Shown piece after piece: positions 49,699 through 62,313 of a stretch of DNA of 64,000 bases. This DNA is from Takakia lepidozioides (lineage: Eukaryota; Plantae; Bryophyta): NCBI GenBank assembly GCA_030704615.1, contig CM060734.1, forward strand, positions 47,058,001 to 47,122,000, read 5' to 3'. Numbering within the stretch: position 1 is the stretch's first letter; each line of letters starts with the position of its first letter. A program made the translations under genes and the position numbers. The notes under the pieces are model-generated. The model saw nothing but the letters and a program-made list of their open reading frames with translations. It did not search any database and was not told the origin of the DNA.

Positions 49699-52600
49699 TC
49701 AGTCCTTCACACCATTTGCGAGAGGAGAAGTGCTTCGATCAGAAGTCCACGCCTGCAAGATCAGACCAAGAAAATTAAACTTAAATTACCAGAATCAGCA
49801 ACCCAAATACTTTTTCCATAATGCTGTACTGTCCTTGAATTGAGATCCAATGCACAATTCATCCATAAGTTATCCAAATTCCTGGCTTTCAATCAACCAC
49901 CTTAAAAGGAAATTGTGCTTCTAGCAAGCCTACAGACAAATAAAGCAACCAGAAACAAGAGTAACTGATTTCATGGCCAAAAGGAGGAGTACATTAGGCT
50001 CCTCTCGTGGGCTTCCTCCTCGAGGACTTGCGCTCCGGCTTCTATCTCCATCACTTGGGCTCCTCTCCACCTTCTGGACATTAACAAAATTCAATGAACT
50101 GTGGGGTTCTGGCAAAAATCACTTCAAACTTCCACAGTCACCAATCATCGTGGGACTCGGAGAAAATAAAGCTTTGCAGCCCTCCAAAAGCCTTGTGGCT
50201 GGCATGCGGACCTGTATCACTTTGATTTGAACATGTTTGTGTCTCATATGGAAACAGATTGAGAGAGGTACTTACAGCAGGTGGGGGTGGAGAACGAGAA
50301 TGGCTTGCACTGGGTCTCCGGCTGTGATCCTTTTTAGGTGAGGCCTGTATAATCTCTCATCTTGTTAGTAACCCCTTGTATCCAAGTATCTAGTCAAATA
50401 TTGGAACACATTATAGCAAAAACATGAGCATTATGAACCCCAGCTAGTTTCAAATCTTCAATGGACAAAACAAGCCAAGCTGTGTCATTTAAGGAAAAGC
50501 TGCACTCATGGTTACTGCTAAGGTCAGGACATACCGAGCGTCGCGCAGGTGACCGTGATCTGGAACTCAACCACAATATTAACAACCCCACACCAAGACG
50601 CAATACAAAAGTCATTTTCACAGATAATGTTCAAAAGGCAATGACATAGATATAGCAACAGTAGACAAATATCCAAAAGACCTCAAATCCTACCTACCTT
50701 TTTTTCTCAACTCCAACCAAATGGCACCAAGGATGACAAGGAAACAATAGTGTTTAAAGGGGCACCACTTAAAAGTTAGGCTATTGGGTCTAATTTGCAG
50801 TTAGACACCTCAGTAACTAACGTAGTGCATTTCGTCGACAGTTTTTGGGTACTTTTGAGAGCCTTTAACTAGCTGATATATCTCTTTAGTGTCTCTCCAT
50901 CTTGTGCTCATGGATGCTTGGGGTACAAATATACAATGAGGGAGAGAGGGCTGCAAGGACTGGATGGTTGCAAGGTAAGGGTGGAATAAGGGACACGTGT
51001 AGAGAAAGGCCGAGCAAACTGCTTCTATGCCCAGCAATTGCCAACACACAGGGCACCAACATCAGAAGGAAAAAAGGAAAAAATAAGGAGGAAACAAACA
51101 AGAAGCGGTAAAGAAGAAAAATCAGGAAAAAGACGGAAGGAGAAAGAGAGAGAGGAGCAAGGGCCTGCATGTGAGAGCAGCAAAGCCAAGACCACAGCTA
51201 ACTTGTGCATTAACTAAATGCAAGTGGCTACTCCACAGTTAGTGCAAGCATTAGTTTACTTGATGATGTTTACTAATTGGGGTCCTAATTTTCACTTAGC
51301 TTATTGTGTTTCAGTTAATGATGCAAACGGTATTGAGTGGGTTAACTGCAAGTGGAGCCCCTCCTTAGCACACTACATAGTGATGCATCTGCACTGCAAC
51401 ATGCATGCCAAGAAGGCAGTAGCGAGGTCACATACTTGGAAACTGAACGGACAGATCGAGAACGAGAACGAGAGGCAGGTGTACGGGATCGTGGTGAACG
51501 GGATCGTGATGCTCGAGACCAGCTACGCACTGACTTGCTACGGGACCGGCTGCAGCACCAAGAATAAAGCTCAAAAAATGGCAGTAGGATGACCTAACCC
51601 CTTCTAACACAACCGCAAGGTAGTAAACCATGAAGCAAAACTGGACTCACTCCATGTCATGATGCACGTGATGTTTCTGAACTGTTCGGACTACCAAAAT
51701 TCACATTAACATATTAACTTCACCCATCCTATATATGTGCAAGAACTCCCAATGCACCACAATAGTACAAAAATTGCATGTTGGTGGGGCCTTGCTACAA
51801 AGAAGGAAAGCTTGCCAAGGACATCCAGCCGAGACTGAGAAGAGCAAATGACCCTAGTTAGCTGATCAAGGAAAAATGCACTCTCAAGCTCAACCGACAA
51901 ATCAACACAGCATCAAGCATAGTTTAAAGCAGGCAGAATAATTTCATCTAATCACAGGAAAAGACCTGCGGCTGCGACTGCGGCTGCGTGAGGCGCTTCT
52001 TTTGGACCCATAGCCCTTATCTTCCTTGACCTGGAAAAGAGAATGAAGAATTCAGTACCCCTTGTGACTCCTCACCGACTGGCACAACCTCACAATGAGA
52101 TACAAACCAAAACTTTAAACAGACAGCACTTAATATTTAGCAGCGTTGACTCATCATATCTATAAAGAGAATTGATTCATACCCGGATAAATGAGCGAGA
52201 AAAGGGGTTGCGGAACTCTGAATCGTCCAGCTTTCTGATCTGCAAATGCCATTGAAACACTCACTGGATAGGGAGCTTGGAACACTTTAGAACAGAACAT
52301 GAAGGGAAAATTATTTGAACAAACAACCATCCTTTGGAAAAGCCAGTAACAATCTGTGCTACATAGCAAGAAAGATGTAAGAAATTCCAGGACATACTGC
52401 ATATTTCATGTCATCATAGCTGGTGAAGTCCACAATACCCATCGTCCCAGCTGCAAAGACGAAATGAAATTAGCCACATTACCCACTGATAAAGCCAAAA
52501 CTGAACTGTGATGCACAAGGGAAATCCAACTGGGAACTATCATAAAGAGGGTCCACACAGTACAGGTGGACATACAGACCAGACTCTCCTTGTTGGACAC

Positions 52601-54420
52601 ATGCTATTTGCAAACAGAAATCCAGGAAACAACTTACCACTGCCATCACGAAAAACTTGTGCAAAGCAGACATCTCCTGCTCTGCGCATGTGGTCCTGCA
52701 GAGACGGGTAAACAGTTCACAGCCCCAACGGTCAACTACTCCAGATTGGATTTACAACCTGACTGATAAAAAGAATTGCAGCCAAAAGGTATGCACCAGC
52801 AGCAGACACACTGGAGGTACAAGGGCAAGATATAGTCGTATTCAAAAGTCCATGGATATTCCCTCAATGCAACTAAAATGACTACAGCAAACAGGACTAC
52901 CAGTTTTGTAAGCTAATATCTTGCCTAGCAGACACACCTTCAGATCCTGCCAGGAAGCAGATGATGGCAACCCCGTAACAATTACTGCAAAAAGAGGAAA
53001 CAATGAAATGTCAGAGGCATTTGAAGGCATTCGAAGAAATCAAATCGAAATCATCTGGACAGCTGAACACCTATCAGAAGCAAGATGGGAACAATTCCAG
53101 GACAGCAATTGGTAACAAACCCAGTCAGAGAATCCACTGACCCCTATATTCAGAGCGCCGGGAAACACCACCAGTTCGCCCACCACCATCACCGCTGCCC
53201 CCGCCGCCACCACCGCCACGGCCCCCACACCCCCCCGCCCCCGCCCCCACTACTATAGCTGCTGTAACGGTCCACTGATGATGGAGGCCCTCGACCACCG
53301 TGTGCAAGTTCCACCTATTCAAGACATCAGACTGGTCAGACATATAGCATGACCCCATTCAAAGGGAGTAGGTCTCTGCAATCAAGAGTACCTGTACAGG
53401 ATAAATCCATCTCAAAGACAGAAATAGGCTTATTGCTAATCAGACATTCTACACCATATCAGGCACAAACACAGGACTGCCAGACCATTTGCAAAATGGT
53501 AAACTCAAAAAGGAAGAAGTGATGAGAAGTGTGTGATTGCAAAGGCCTAACCAAACTAGGCACCGACAAGCACGTAAGTAGTGAGAAAACGGTTAATTGT
53601 ACCCGAAGCCGGTTTCCATCAAAATTCAAGCCATCACGCCCCCTGATGGCGTCCTCTGCATCTTGAGCATCCTCAAACTGCGAGCAATTCAACGGTGATA
53701 CATATCTCAATTTACGGGAAAACATTCAGAAGGACTATGACGGAAGTCCTCTCTTGATTGAGCAGAGAGAGGCTAGGTGAAAAAGATCTATGAAAACCAT
53801 ACAGCTGAAAATCAACATGTGGGTCTTCTTTGGGGTTGCGAAGAGGCTCTATTTTATATTTTGGCATGAGAATAATTGTGCACGCAATTATTTGCAGGAC
53901 AAAAGATTATTGCATCCTATTAGGCAATGCTTGTGTCACAACTAGGTATGTGACACAACAAGTATACAAATAACCATCCTCTCTGCACATGATGACTGAC
54001 AAGAAATGATCTGGTAATGTGGGGGTCAGTGGGGGCAGTGTAAAATCAGATAATACTCCAGTTTTAAACACACTATCAATTGAGTCTAAAGGCATCACCT
54101 CAATGAAACAGTATCCAGGGGGTCGTGGAGGCAGCTTCAGATCAATATCCACAATACGTCCATACTACACATCGATGGACACACATAGAGTGAGCCTTCA
54201 CACATTAATAACATTTCAAGATAAGCGCCAACTGCCAAACAATTCAGCAATAGACTAAGGCATATAAAAAATTGTGTGAATGTTAACACCCTCAAATAGA
54301 AAATCTAGAACCAGGCAGCAGATGAAAACCAACCTTATGGAAGAGATCTTCAATCTCACGCTCCCGGACATCACCCGGAAGGTTCCCAACATAGATGGTC
54401 CGGCTGGCACGATTGCTCAT
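49699..54420 (-). CDS. Serine/arginine-rich splicing factor, SF2/ASF (SR30/SR34) subfamily. Exons 54420-54334, 54164-54099, 53677-53603, 53314-53142, 52984-52938, 52695-52638, 52450-52398, 52239-52183, 52030-51966, 51549-51436, 50559-50535, 50344-50276, 50073-49993, 49752-49699
   Basis: [31 protein letters not shown].. (RRM1), Gly hinge, [21 protein letters not shown] (pseudo-RRM signature SWQDLKD), RS domain. One frame break in the G-rich hinge. Confidence 0.92.
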
Positions 54421-55794
54421 GGTTGTTGCTGCGGTAGATCTCGCTTCTAAACCCTAACCTATGCCTCAGAAGTACACACAACGAGCACATTTCACAGACA
54501 AGCAAAAGTGTTCGTGAAAGTTTCACTGTAGGACAATATGACCGTCAGAAAGAGCTACCCTAACAAGAGAATGAACGTACGAAGAAAAGCACGTATTGCC
54601 TTTTCTTTCCATTTCATTACCAGAGACCTGCTAGGACTGAGATTATAAAGCTACGAGGCAAACCAAGAGCGACATCTTTGGTCTGAGCGAGGCCCCTCAA
54701 GCTCCATCGCTCCCTCCTTTGCTCCAGGAAGCTCCACAGCTATGCACAACTTATGCCATACCGTCCCACTCTTGTGCTTCGCACATGGATTCAGGTTTGC
54801 TTCCTCTCCCTGGTTTGTCCAGATCCCGTTTTTCTCATCCCCCATAGTCCCCCCTCCCCTCTCTCCCCTCTTCACCCTCTTAACTGGCCTTACGCTCCCT
54901 CCCGCTTTACTCCAAGCTCCACGCAGATATCTATGTACAAAAGATGAAAGGTTTTGCTTATAAGAGAGTGGAGCGTTGAACTCCCTCTTTACCTGAGCTA
55001 CCTCTCTCTTCACACCGCCACCTTCGATGCAGAGACAGCCCTCAATATGTGCACTGCACACAGCCACGCGTTCTTATCCTCTCTCTCTCTTTTACGACAG
55101 CGCACCCTCTCCAACCTCAAACAACACAATCTACAAACCTGAGAAAGAGACAGAGCGCAACAACAATCATAGTGAGCCTTGGAAAAACACAACAACAAAC
55201 AATGCTGCTTAACTGTGATTCCCTGCACAAATCACCTGGAAGAAGAAGATGGGGTTAGGGAAGCAAACCCTCCCAAGCTGCTTGCACTGACGCCAGACCC
55301 CGAACCACAAGTCTCCCAGCTGCCTCTCGCAAGCGGCAACGCTGCAAGCCCTAAAACTGCGCGTACTAGAGACTCAGGCGATTCGTTTTTAAATAATAAC
55401 TTAAGTGTTCATTCTAGCGACGACCGAAGGTCGGAAGCTAGTTTAGCGTAGAGCAGGAATAGGGTGCCATAGTGCCACGTCATCGTCGCCACGTTTTGTA
55501 GCCACGTCATCGTAGACACGTCATCGTCGTCGTCAATTTCTTTGAAACCTGCCCGAAATGCCCAAAAATAACCGGCAGCGCGGGGAAGTGACGACGATGG
55601 CTTGAGCGCTGACGGGTTTCACACACGGATCTCGGGTTTTTCACAGATAACAGAGACGAGGAGAAGCATCGAGGCAAGGCGAGGATGCGTGATTTCTGGA
55701 GTGCGGTGGGATTTGTGGAACAATCGAGGCAAGGCGAGGGTGTATGCATGATTTGTGGAGTGCGGAGGGATTTGTTTCACACACCGATCGCAGA

Positions 55795-55990
55795 TGCAAA
55801 TGTGGGCTCTTGGCTCCTGTTAGTACCATGATTTGGTATTCTTCCTAATGTTTACAAGGTTCTTGGGAGAGTCCGCTTGGTCTTAGCAGGCCGTGTTTCC
55901 ATCTCTGCCTGCTCAGCTACACCGTGGTGGTTCTCACAGACCAATCCGACATCACCTGACTACAAACACAAGCAGCACACACAAGAGGCA
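55795..55990 (+). pseudogene. PDF-PPR fragment (intron 4 and start of exon 5, TNPTSPDYKHKQHTQE)
   Basis: Aligns to 32675-32868 and to the reverse complement of ~29070-29255. Confidence 0.85.
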
Positions 55991-56084
55991 GAGATAGAAA
56001 TGGTCACCAATATTAGAATTTCCAGCAATGGGGGATGAAAACACATCCATCAACTCTAATTTGACCACAAGTTGGTTTTTTCTT

Positions 56085-56687
56085 TTGGCCAGTGAAGCAG
56101 ATATTGCAGCTATGTCCTGCGGAGAAACTGATGTCAACTTACAAGGTTGCCAAGTTCAACCGTATGTTGATGAGTTCTTGCAAAATTTGGCTATGGTGCG
56201 TGGAAAGCTCAAAAAGGGGGGAGTGGGTGACACTGTTGCAATTGCACGTATTGTGCTTCACGACTGGAATGAAGGTCTCAGTCCTGTGTAACCCAGCTCA
56301 ACATCTTCAGCATTACTAGGGATACATGTACAATTCCTTTTACAGTAAAACCACTTATATACGTTTCAAATGCAAGCCAAGAATCCACAGTTACTTTGGT
56401 TACCCTTCGAGAAGATTCTTGGAACTGACATTTATTTATCCTGTTTCGATGGCAGGAAAAATCCCGTACTACACAGTGGGCCACCTATGCGGGAGGTCAG
56501 TGAGCATGCCAAATCTGCAATTGTAGCTGACTGGAGCAAGGAGTTTGATGTGGAGGCTCTGTTTAAGAACGAGGAGTCAGTTTTTATAGCTGGACTCCCT
56601 TCTCTGGTCGACACACTCCATGTGGAAATGCCTTCAAGTGCTCCACTTACTATGGACATCGACACAGTTCAGGCTGGTTCAATTTAA
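56085..56687 (+). pseudogene. Fragment of a nucleostemin/GNL3L-like GTPase (NSN1-like), two exons with intron
   Basis: PVKQILQLCP..VDEFLQ..RGKLKKGG..ARIVLHDWNEG|KIPYYT..PP..AIVADWSKEFDV; frameshifted; intron ~56275-56455. Confidence 0.88.
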
Positions 56688-56894
56688 CCTGGATTATATC
56701 TTCTCCTTGGCAGCAACAACAAAAAATTGTGTCTTTTTCTCTGTCTTGGGCCACAAGTGAAATGTTGCTCAAACTAGACAAGCTGAAGTGTAGGCAAATG
56801 TATGCGCACGGTCAGCATTCTATTTACAGATGATGTCAGAGACCTGACAATCAAGCTATAGTGGGTGATAGCCTATTTGAGAAATGAGGGGGTT

Positions 56895-57080
56895 GAGGTA
56901 AAGAAATTTCTGAACGACAAGTGGTTAGGGTTGTGTCTTGGCATGTGGATGCAAGCCTGCGGTGGAATTTCATACGTATTTTCTCTCTACTCTGCTGATC
57001 TCAAGCATACATTGGGCTACAATCAAGAAGTGATTGATGGCCTGGACACTTCAAAGGATATTGGTGGCAATGTGGGTATA
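56895..57080 (+). pseudogene. N-terminal fragment of a nodulin-like/NFD4-type MFS protein
   Basis: KWLGLCLGMWMQACGGISYVFSLYSADLKHTLGYNQ..GL.TSKDIGGNVGI is the conserved nodulin-like N-terminus; truncated. Confidence 0.88.
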
Positions 57081-59890
57081 ATGAAGGCACCTTCTCCAAC
57101 ACATTTCAGCCTGTTTTCCCTGTAATCAGAGTCGTCCTTAAATTTTCATGTTGAATTCTGCAAGTTAGCTCGTTGGTGGATCTATGGTGGTTTTGGAGTG
57201 ATTTTGACATGTTACTGCCAATTTGGCAATAGGAAAGGGTCGAAGAGCAGATAACAGTGGCGAGGAGAAGCTCTGGAATGAATGTGTTTCTGACCGCAGT
57301 CAAGGGTGGAACAATCGAGGAAAAAAGGTGAATGCCTGTTGGAACCGCAAGTCAGCATAGGAACTAGTGTGATAATTAGGGTTGCGGTGTTTGCTAGAAC
57401 AAATCTAGGCTGTCACTGTCAGCTTCTAGCGGCAAGGCAAGGATGTATGCATGATTTGTGCAGAGCAGGGATAGAGTTTGGGTCCAGTTTCATCCAAGAG
57501 GGCCGGATTTCAAGCTCAAGATTACCTATGATTCCCTATGGACGGATAGCTAAAACGTGCATGGGTAGATGGTCAACTGGGTGTTTCCTAGAACAAATCT
57601 AGGCTGCCATTGTCAGCTGCTAGCAGTGAGGCAAGGATGAATGCATGATTTGTGCAGAGGCATGGATGGCTGAAGTAGGGATAGAATGTGGGTCCAGATT
57701 CATCCAAGAGGTTCAGATTTCAAGCACAAGATTACCTATAATTCCCTGTGGATCAACAGCTACAAGAAGCCTGCATGGGTACATGGTCAACTAAAGGCAA
57801 CAGCTGCAGCGGCACAGCTGATAAAATCAGGCACCTCAACCATGACCACAGCTTCTAGTAGAGGATCAAGAGAGGGAGTCCACAATACCTCTTCTGGCAC
57901 TTCTGGGCATGTGAAGATGCTTTGTGAGGCAGGCAGACTGAAAGAGGCTCTACAGACTTTAAACCAAGGAGGCATTTCAGCAGATTCAGATACGTCTGTC
58001 TGTCTCTTGCATAAGTGCATCAAGATGAAAGGCCTGGAAGCTGGAAAGCAGGTGCACACTCACATTATCCAAAGTGGATTCACGCCAAACGTTTTTCTAC
58101 TCAACACCCTTGTCAACATGTATGTTAAGTGCGGGAGCATCATGGATGCTCACCAAGTGTTCAACAAAATGCCTCAACCATCTTTGATCACGTGGAAATA
58201 ATGTTGGCAGGATTTACCAAGCATGGGATGCTTGAGCAAATGATGCACGAAGGGGTGAAGCTCCAACCACATCACGTTTGTTTGTTTTTGCAATGTGCAA
58301 GCCTGGGAGCCCTGGAAAGGGGAAAGAGGTCCATGGTGACATCGTCAAAGCTGGAATTGTACCAGATGTCATTCTGAATCTGCCCTCATGGACATGTATG
58401 CCACATGTGGGTGCATTAAGGATGCAAAGGCAGTCTTCAACAATATGGCTGAACAAAATGTGGTGTCGTGGAACGCGATGATTGCAGGGTATGCACAGCA
58501 GGGACGCAGGGTGGAAGCTTTGGAGACCTATGAGCAAATGATGGGGGAAGGGGTGAAGCCCAACCACATCATGTTTGTGTGTGTTTGCAATGCATGTGCA
58601 AGCCTGGCAGCTCTAGAAAAGGGCAAAGAGGTCCATGGCAACATCGTCAGAGCTGGAATTGTACCCAATGTCATTTTGAACAATGCCCTCGTGGACCAGG
58701 GGTGATGCCCGACAGGGTCACGTTTACGTGTGTGCTCAATGTGTTGTAGGCTAGGGGCCCTGGAAAAGGGCGAAGAGGCCCATGCTCACATCACCAAAGC
58801 TGGATTTTGGACTGATATCTTTCTGGAGACTGCCTTTGTCGAAAGGTATGCCAAATGTGGGAGCATGAAGGATGCCTGAAAGTATTTGACAAAATGGCTG
58901 AACGGGATGTGGTTTCCTGGAGCGTCATGATAGCAGGATATGCCCAGCAGGGTTGTGGCACAGAGGCCATTTAAAATCTATGATAGAATCCAACAGGAAG
59001 GTGTGATGCCCGACAGGGTCACATATTCATTTGTGTTCTCAATGCTTGTGCCAGCATGGTGGCCCTGGAGAAGGGCAAAGAGATCCATGCTGACATTATC
59101 AAAGCTGGAATTCCGTCATATATTAATATGGAGACTGCCCTTGTTGCAGACATGTATGCGAAATGTGGGAGTGTAAGGGAGGCCTGTCTAGTGTTCAACA
59201 ATATGGCTGAGCGAGACGTGGTCTTATGGAGTGCAATGACATGCCAATGCATATCTGCCACATGCAAGTAAGGGGCTGGCTCTTGTATGCCCTTCCTCCT
59301 TTACATGGTTCACAACCAGGTGCCATACTTTCCCTTTCTTGACTGTTTCTCCCCTAATTCAGAGTTGGAGAAGTCATGAATTATGACGGATGTGTAAATC
59401 TTTAACAGTTAGTGCTTTCAGGTATAGCGCTGCATGTTGCATGCTATCACCACTCTCTTGTTGAATGCCAGCTCTGGAACTTCTAGGCTGAATTTCATAC
59501 CTATGTCTGTGGAAATCCCATGACTGCCTTCGGTGCTGGGTGGGAGGAACTTTGCTGTCAAGTGGATAGCCTGGCCAACAGTTGCAGAGAACTGTTGTTG
59601 ACTATACATTCTGAGCTGGGAACAATATGGCTGAACGAGATTTGGTGTCCTGGAACGCCATGCTTGCAGGATATGCACAACAGGGGTGCGGGATGGAGGC
59701 CTTGGAGACCCATGAGCAAATGATGGGGAAAGGGGGGAAGCCCGACCACATCACGTTTGTGTGCGTGTGCAAGCCTGGCAGCCCTGGAAAAGGGCAAAGA
59801 GGTGCATGGTTGCATCGCCAAAGCTGGAATTGTACCAGATGTGATTCTGAACAATGCCCTCGTGGACACGTATGTGAAATGTGGGAGCAT
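57080..59890 (+). pseudogene. PDF-PPR pseudogene fragment (intron 5, exon 6, duplicated exon 7 start, frameshifted PLS repeats; no E/DYW)
   Basis: EEKLWNECVSDRSQGWNNRGKK|gt; IHPRGSDFKHKITYNSLWINSYKKPAWV..; highly similar to the 5' part of the large exon at 28549 and below. Confidence 0.92.
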
Positions 59891-60033
59891 TCATTCATTG
59901 ATCTGTGTAGCTACTCAGACCATCCACCATTTCCTGAGAGTACTGACCATCATGTACTGTTGAGTGCAAGATGCAAGTGTCTTGGTTCATTCATTGATCT
60001 GTGTAGCTACTCAGACCATCCACCATTTCCTGA
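59889..60033. repeat. Direct repeat of ~48 bp
   Basis: TTCATTCATTGATCTGTGTAGCTACTCAGACCATCCACCATTTCCTGA at ~59890 and ~59986. Confidence 0.9.
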
Positions 60034-60640
60034 TAGTGGGGTCTACCCGGCATAGGTGGGAAGTCAGCCCACAATTGCACTTGATTGAAGGGGTGATTTT
60101 TGACTGATTCTGCTGACAGTGGATGGAAATCAGAGTGCTGTCCTAATTCTGGGTTTGGGTGGTGGAGCTTCTCCAAAGCTTGAAGATGGAAGTGAATACG
60201 AATTTTAATGAGCTTGACGAGTGGGGCAGCCCTGTGCACAAGTTTGTTCAGCATCTTAAATTTAGACATGTTTGTTTGTTTCTCGTGGTGTGGCTTTGGA
60301 TGGAGCCCTTGACGAACTTGCATGGATATGTCAAAAGCTAAGCCTTAACCCACCAAGATCCTGGATGCTGGAAAGTTCATATAGTGAATGTAAGGGTATT
60401 TGGGTATGTTGTTATTGGTTGATGCGGCTTGTGAAAATTGAACATTGAAATGCAGATCTGCCATTTTTCTTCCAGGAAAAAGCAAAACACGGGATCTCTG
60501 CATGTAACACAGTGGGAATGACCCACCCTTTTTTTGTGAAAAATTGAACGTAGTTCTCAGAATTCGTTGCTAGTAGTGCGGAGCAACGCAAAGGCCTAGT
60601 TTTAGTCATTTTTCTTTTTAGAAATCAAAAAAATGCACAT

Positions 60641-60870
60641 CAGCTGGTAGCTCAGCTGGTAAGTGCACAGTATGTCGCCCTGGTGGGTCGGGGTTCAAAA
60701 CCCGCTGCCCTGCCTGGTGTGTGGATTGTTCGAGACCGGTTGGTCTGGTGGTGACGTTTCCCACCTGTGTGCCTAATGGCTTATCTGAAAGGTGGTTAAT
60801 TTTTCCCCCTCCTCAAGGGCCTGAATTGTGAGCAGTCGCTCCCAGGTTTCCTTTAAAAAAAAAGAAAAAA
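60641..60870 (+). mobile_element. tRNA-derived SINE, copy 1
   Basis: A box TAGCTCAGCTGG, B box GGTTCAAAACCC, 3' TTGTGAGCAGTCGCTCCCAGG plus A tail. Confidence 0.82.
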
Positions 60871-60876
60871 GTCCAA

Positions 60877-61110
60877 CAGTCAGTAGCTCAGTGGGTAAAG
60901 TACACTGAGTGCCATCCAGATGACCCTGGGGTCAAATCCTGCTACTTGACGGGTGTGGTACGCCCTTCTCCCCCCTTCCCTGCGCGGTGTCGCATCTGAA
61001 AGCCTTAGGGCGAGGTTACTGAGAGGTTATTTTCTCCTCTCTCTATCAAGGGACCTGATTTGTGAGCTGTCGCTCCCAGGTGTTTCCCATTTTCTTTCAA
61101 AAAAAAAAAA
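60877..61110 (+). mobile_element. tRNA-derived SINE, copy 2 (tandem, diverged)
   Basis: A box TAGCTCAGTGGG, B box GGGTCAAATCCT, 3' TTGTGAGCTGTCGCTCCCAGG plus A13 tail. Confidence 0.82.
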
Positions 61111-61140
61111 CAAATCCTCTTATCACCCAGAAATTGAATG

Positions 61141-61763
61141 CAGTGTTTTTTTCATTTGGTTTTTTTTTGTTTTTGGCAAATTTGGAAAATAACAGGAGTG
61201 GCTACTGAGTTTTGCAGGAAATAGCTATATTTTCTGTTCATCCACTGAAATTTGGACAGAATCGTCCTCCTACGTACTTTCATCCATTAATATCATCCAT
61301 ATTAGGCGAATTCATCCAAGAATTATATTTGTTTTGGAGAATCTTGGCGATTTCATCCATGAGAAAACAGGGAATTTACGACAGAATATTCGATTGTTTT
61401 GTGGTCGAGAAAGTGCGAAATTTCGCCAGAAATAAAAACACTTGAATGCGGTGGAGCCTTACACTCAGAATCAGTGTTTTGCTTAAGAAATTTGGAGAAC
61501 AGCACGAGTGGCTACAGAGTTTTGCAGAAAATATCGGTATATTCTGTTCATCCATTTAAATTCATCCACCTCTGTACCATAATCCATTTATATCATCCAT
61601 ATTTAACGAGTTCATCCATTATTTATTTATTTATTTGGAGAAATCTGTTGATATCATCCAAAAAAAACAGGAGATTTGTGACAGAATATTCCTTTTGTTT
61701 TTTTTTATATTTTATGTTTTGAGGTCGAAATCTGGCGAAAATTCGCCAATAAAAAAAACGCTG
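61141..61763. repeat. Two tandem ~300-bp AT-rich MITE-like units
   Basis: Each starts CAGTGTTTT and ends AAAAACAC/AAAAACGCTG; shared core GAGTGGCTAC.GAGTTTTGCAG and TTCATCCA motifs. Confidence 0.65.
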
Positions 61764-62313
61764 CTAGTGAGTGATGAGTGAGACAGAATCGGATGAAAAA
61801 GGAAAAAAAGAAAAGGATGAAGTTATGGATGAGTGTCTAGATATGGATGAATGTACACGTGTAAATGGAGTGAATGATATCGTGATTATGCAATTTTGCG
61901 TTTCTGATGATGGATGTGGGAGGATGAATAAGTTGTTCTTCGTCGAGGAGATGAAAACTGTCGACGTTTTATTTGAACGCGGGTGCTTCAGAGAGGCTTC
62001 CGAGCACGGGTCGGGGGGCGGAACCCGCGAGAAGGAGAACGGGTGGGAGGGGCGGGGGAAAGGAAGGGGATTCCTCTTGCGATCTCGCGGGTCATCGCGC
62101 CCGTCCACCATCGCTGCGAGAAGGAAGCTGGAGCTGGAGGTGGGGCTGGTGAGAAAGAGTCTAGTGCGCAAAAGAGAGAGAAACCGTGGGGAGAGATGGA
62201 ATATCGGGTTTTGAGCAGTTGGTAGCTTGATTTGAAGGTTCTCGGTGCGGCATGTGCTTGTGAAACAGGTTTGGGTGTGAAGGAGAACGGTGGATGCGCC
62301 AGGATCGGGAAAC

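Larger units (their letters stand above)
55410..60599 (+). mobile_element. Putative non-autonomous Helitron2/Helentron-like rolling-circle element (~5.2 kb) with captured gene fragments
   Basis: 5' CTAGCGACGA (55414) overlapping hairpin CGACC-GAA-GGTCG; 3' TCGTTGCTAG (60564), a hairpin, then CTAG|TTTT at 60599. Content is a mosaic of unrelated intron-containing fragments. No TSD seen. Confidence 0.65.

Noticed and set aside
60641-61110. tRNA genes
   Set aside because: A/B boxes are present but I see no complete cloverleaf; a shared non-tRNA body and A tails indicate SINEs.
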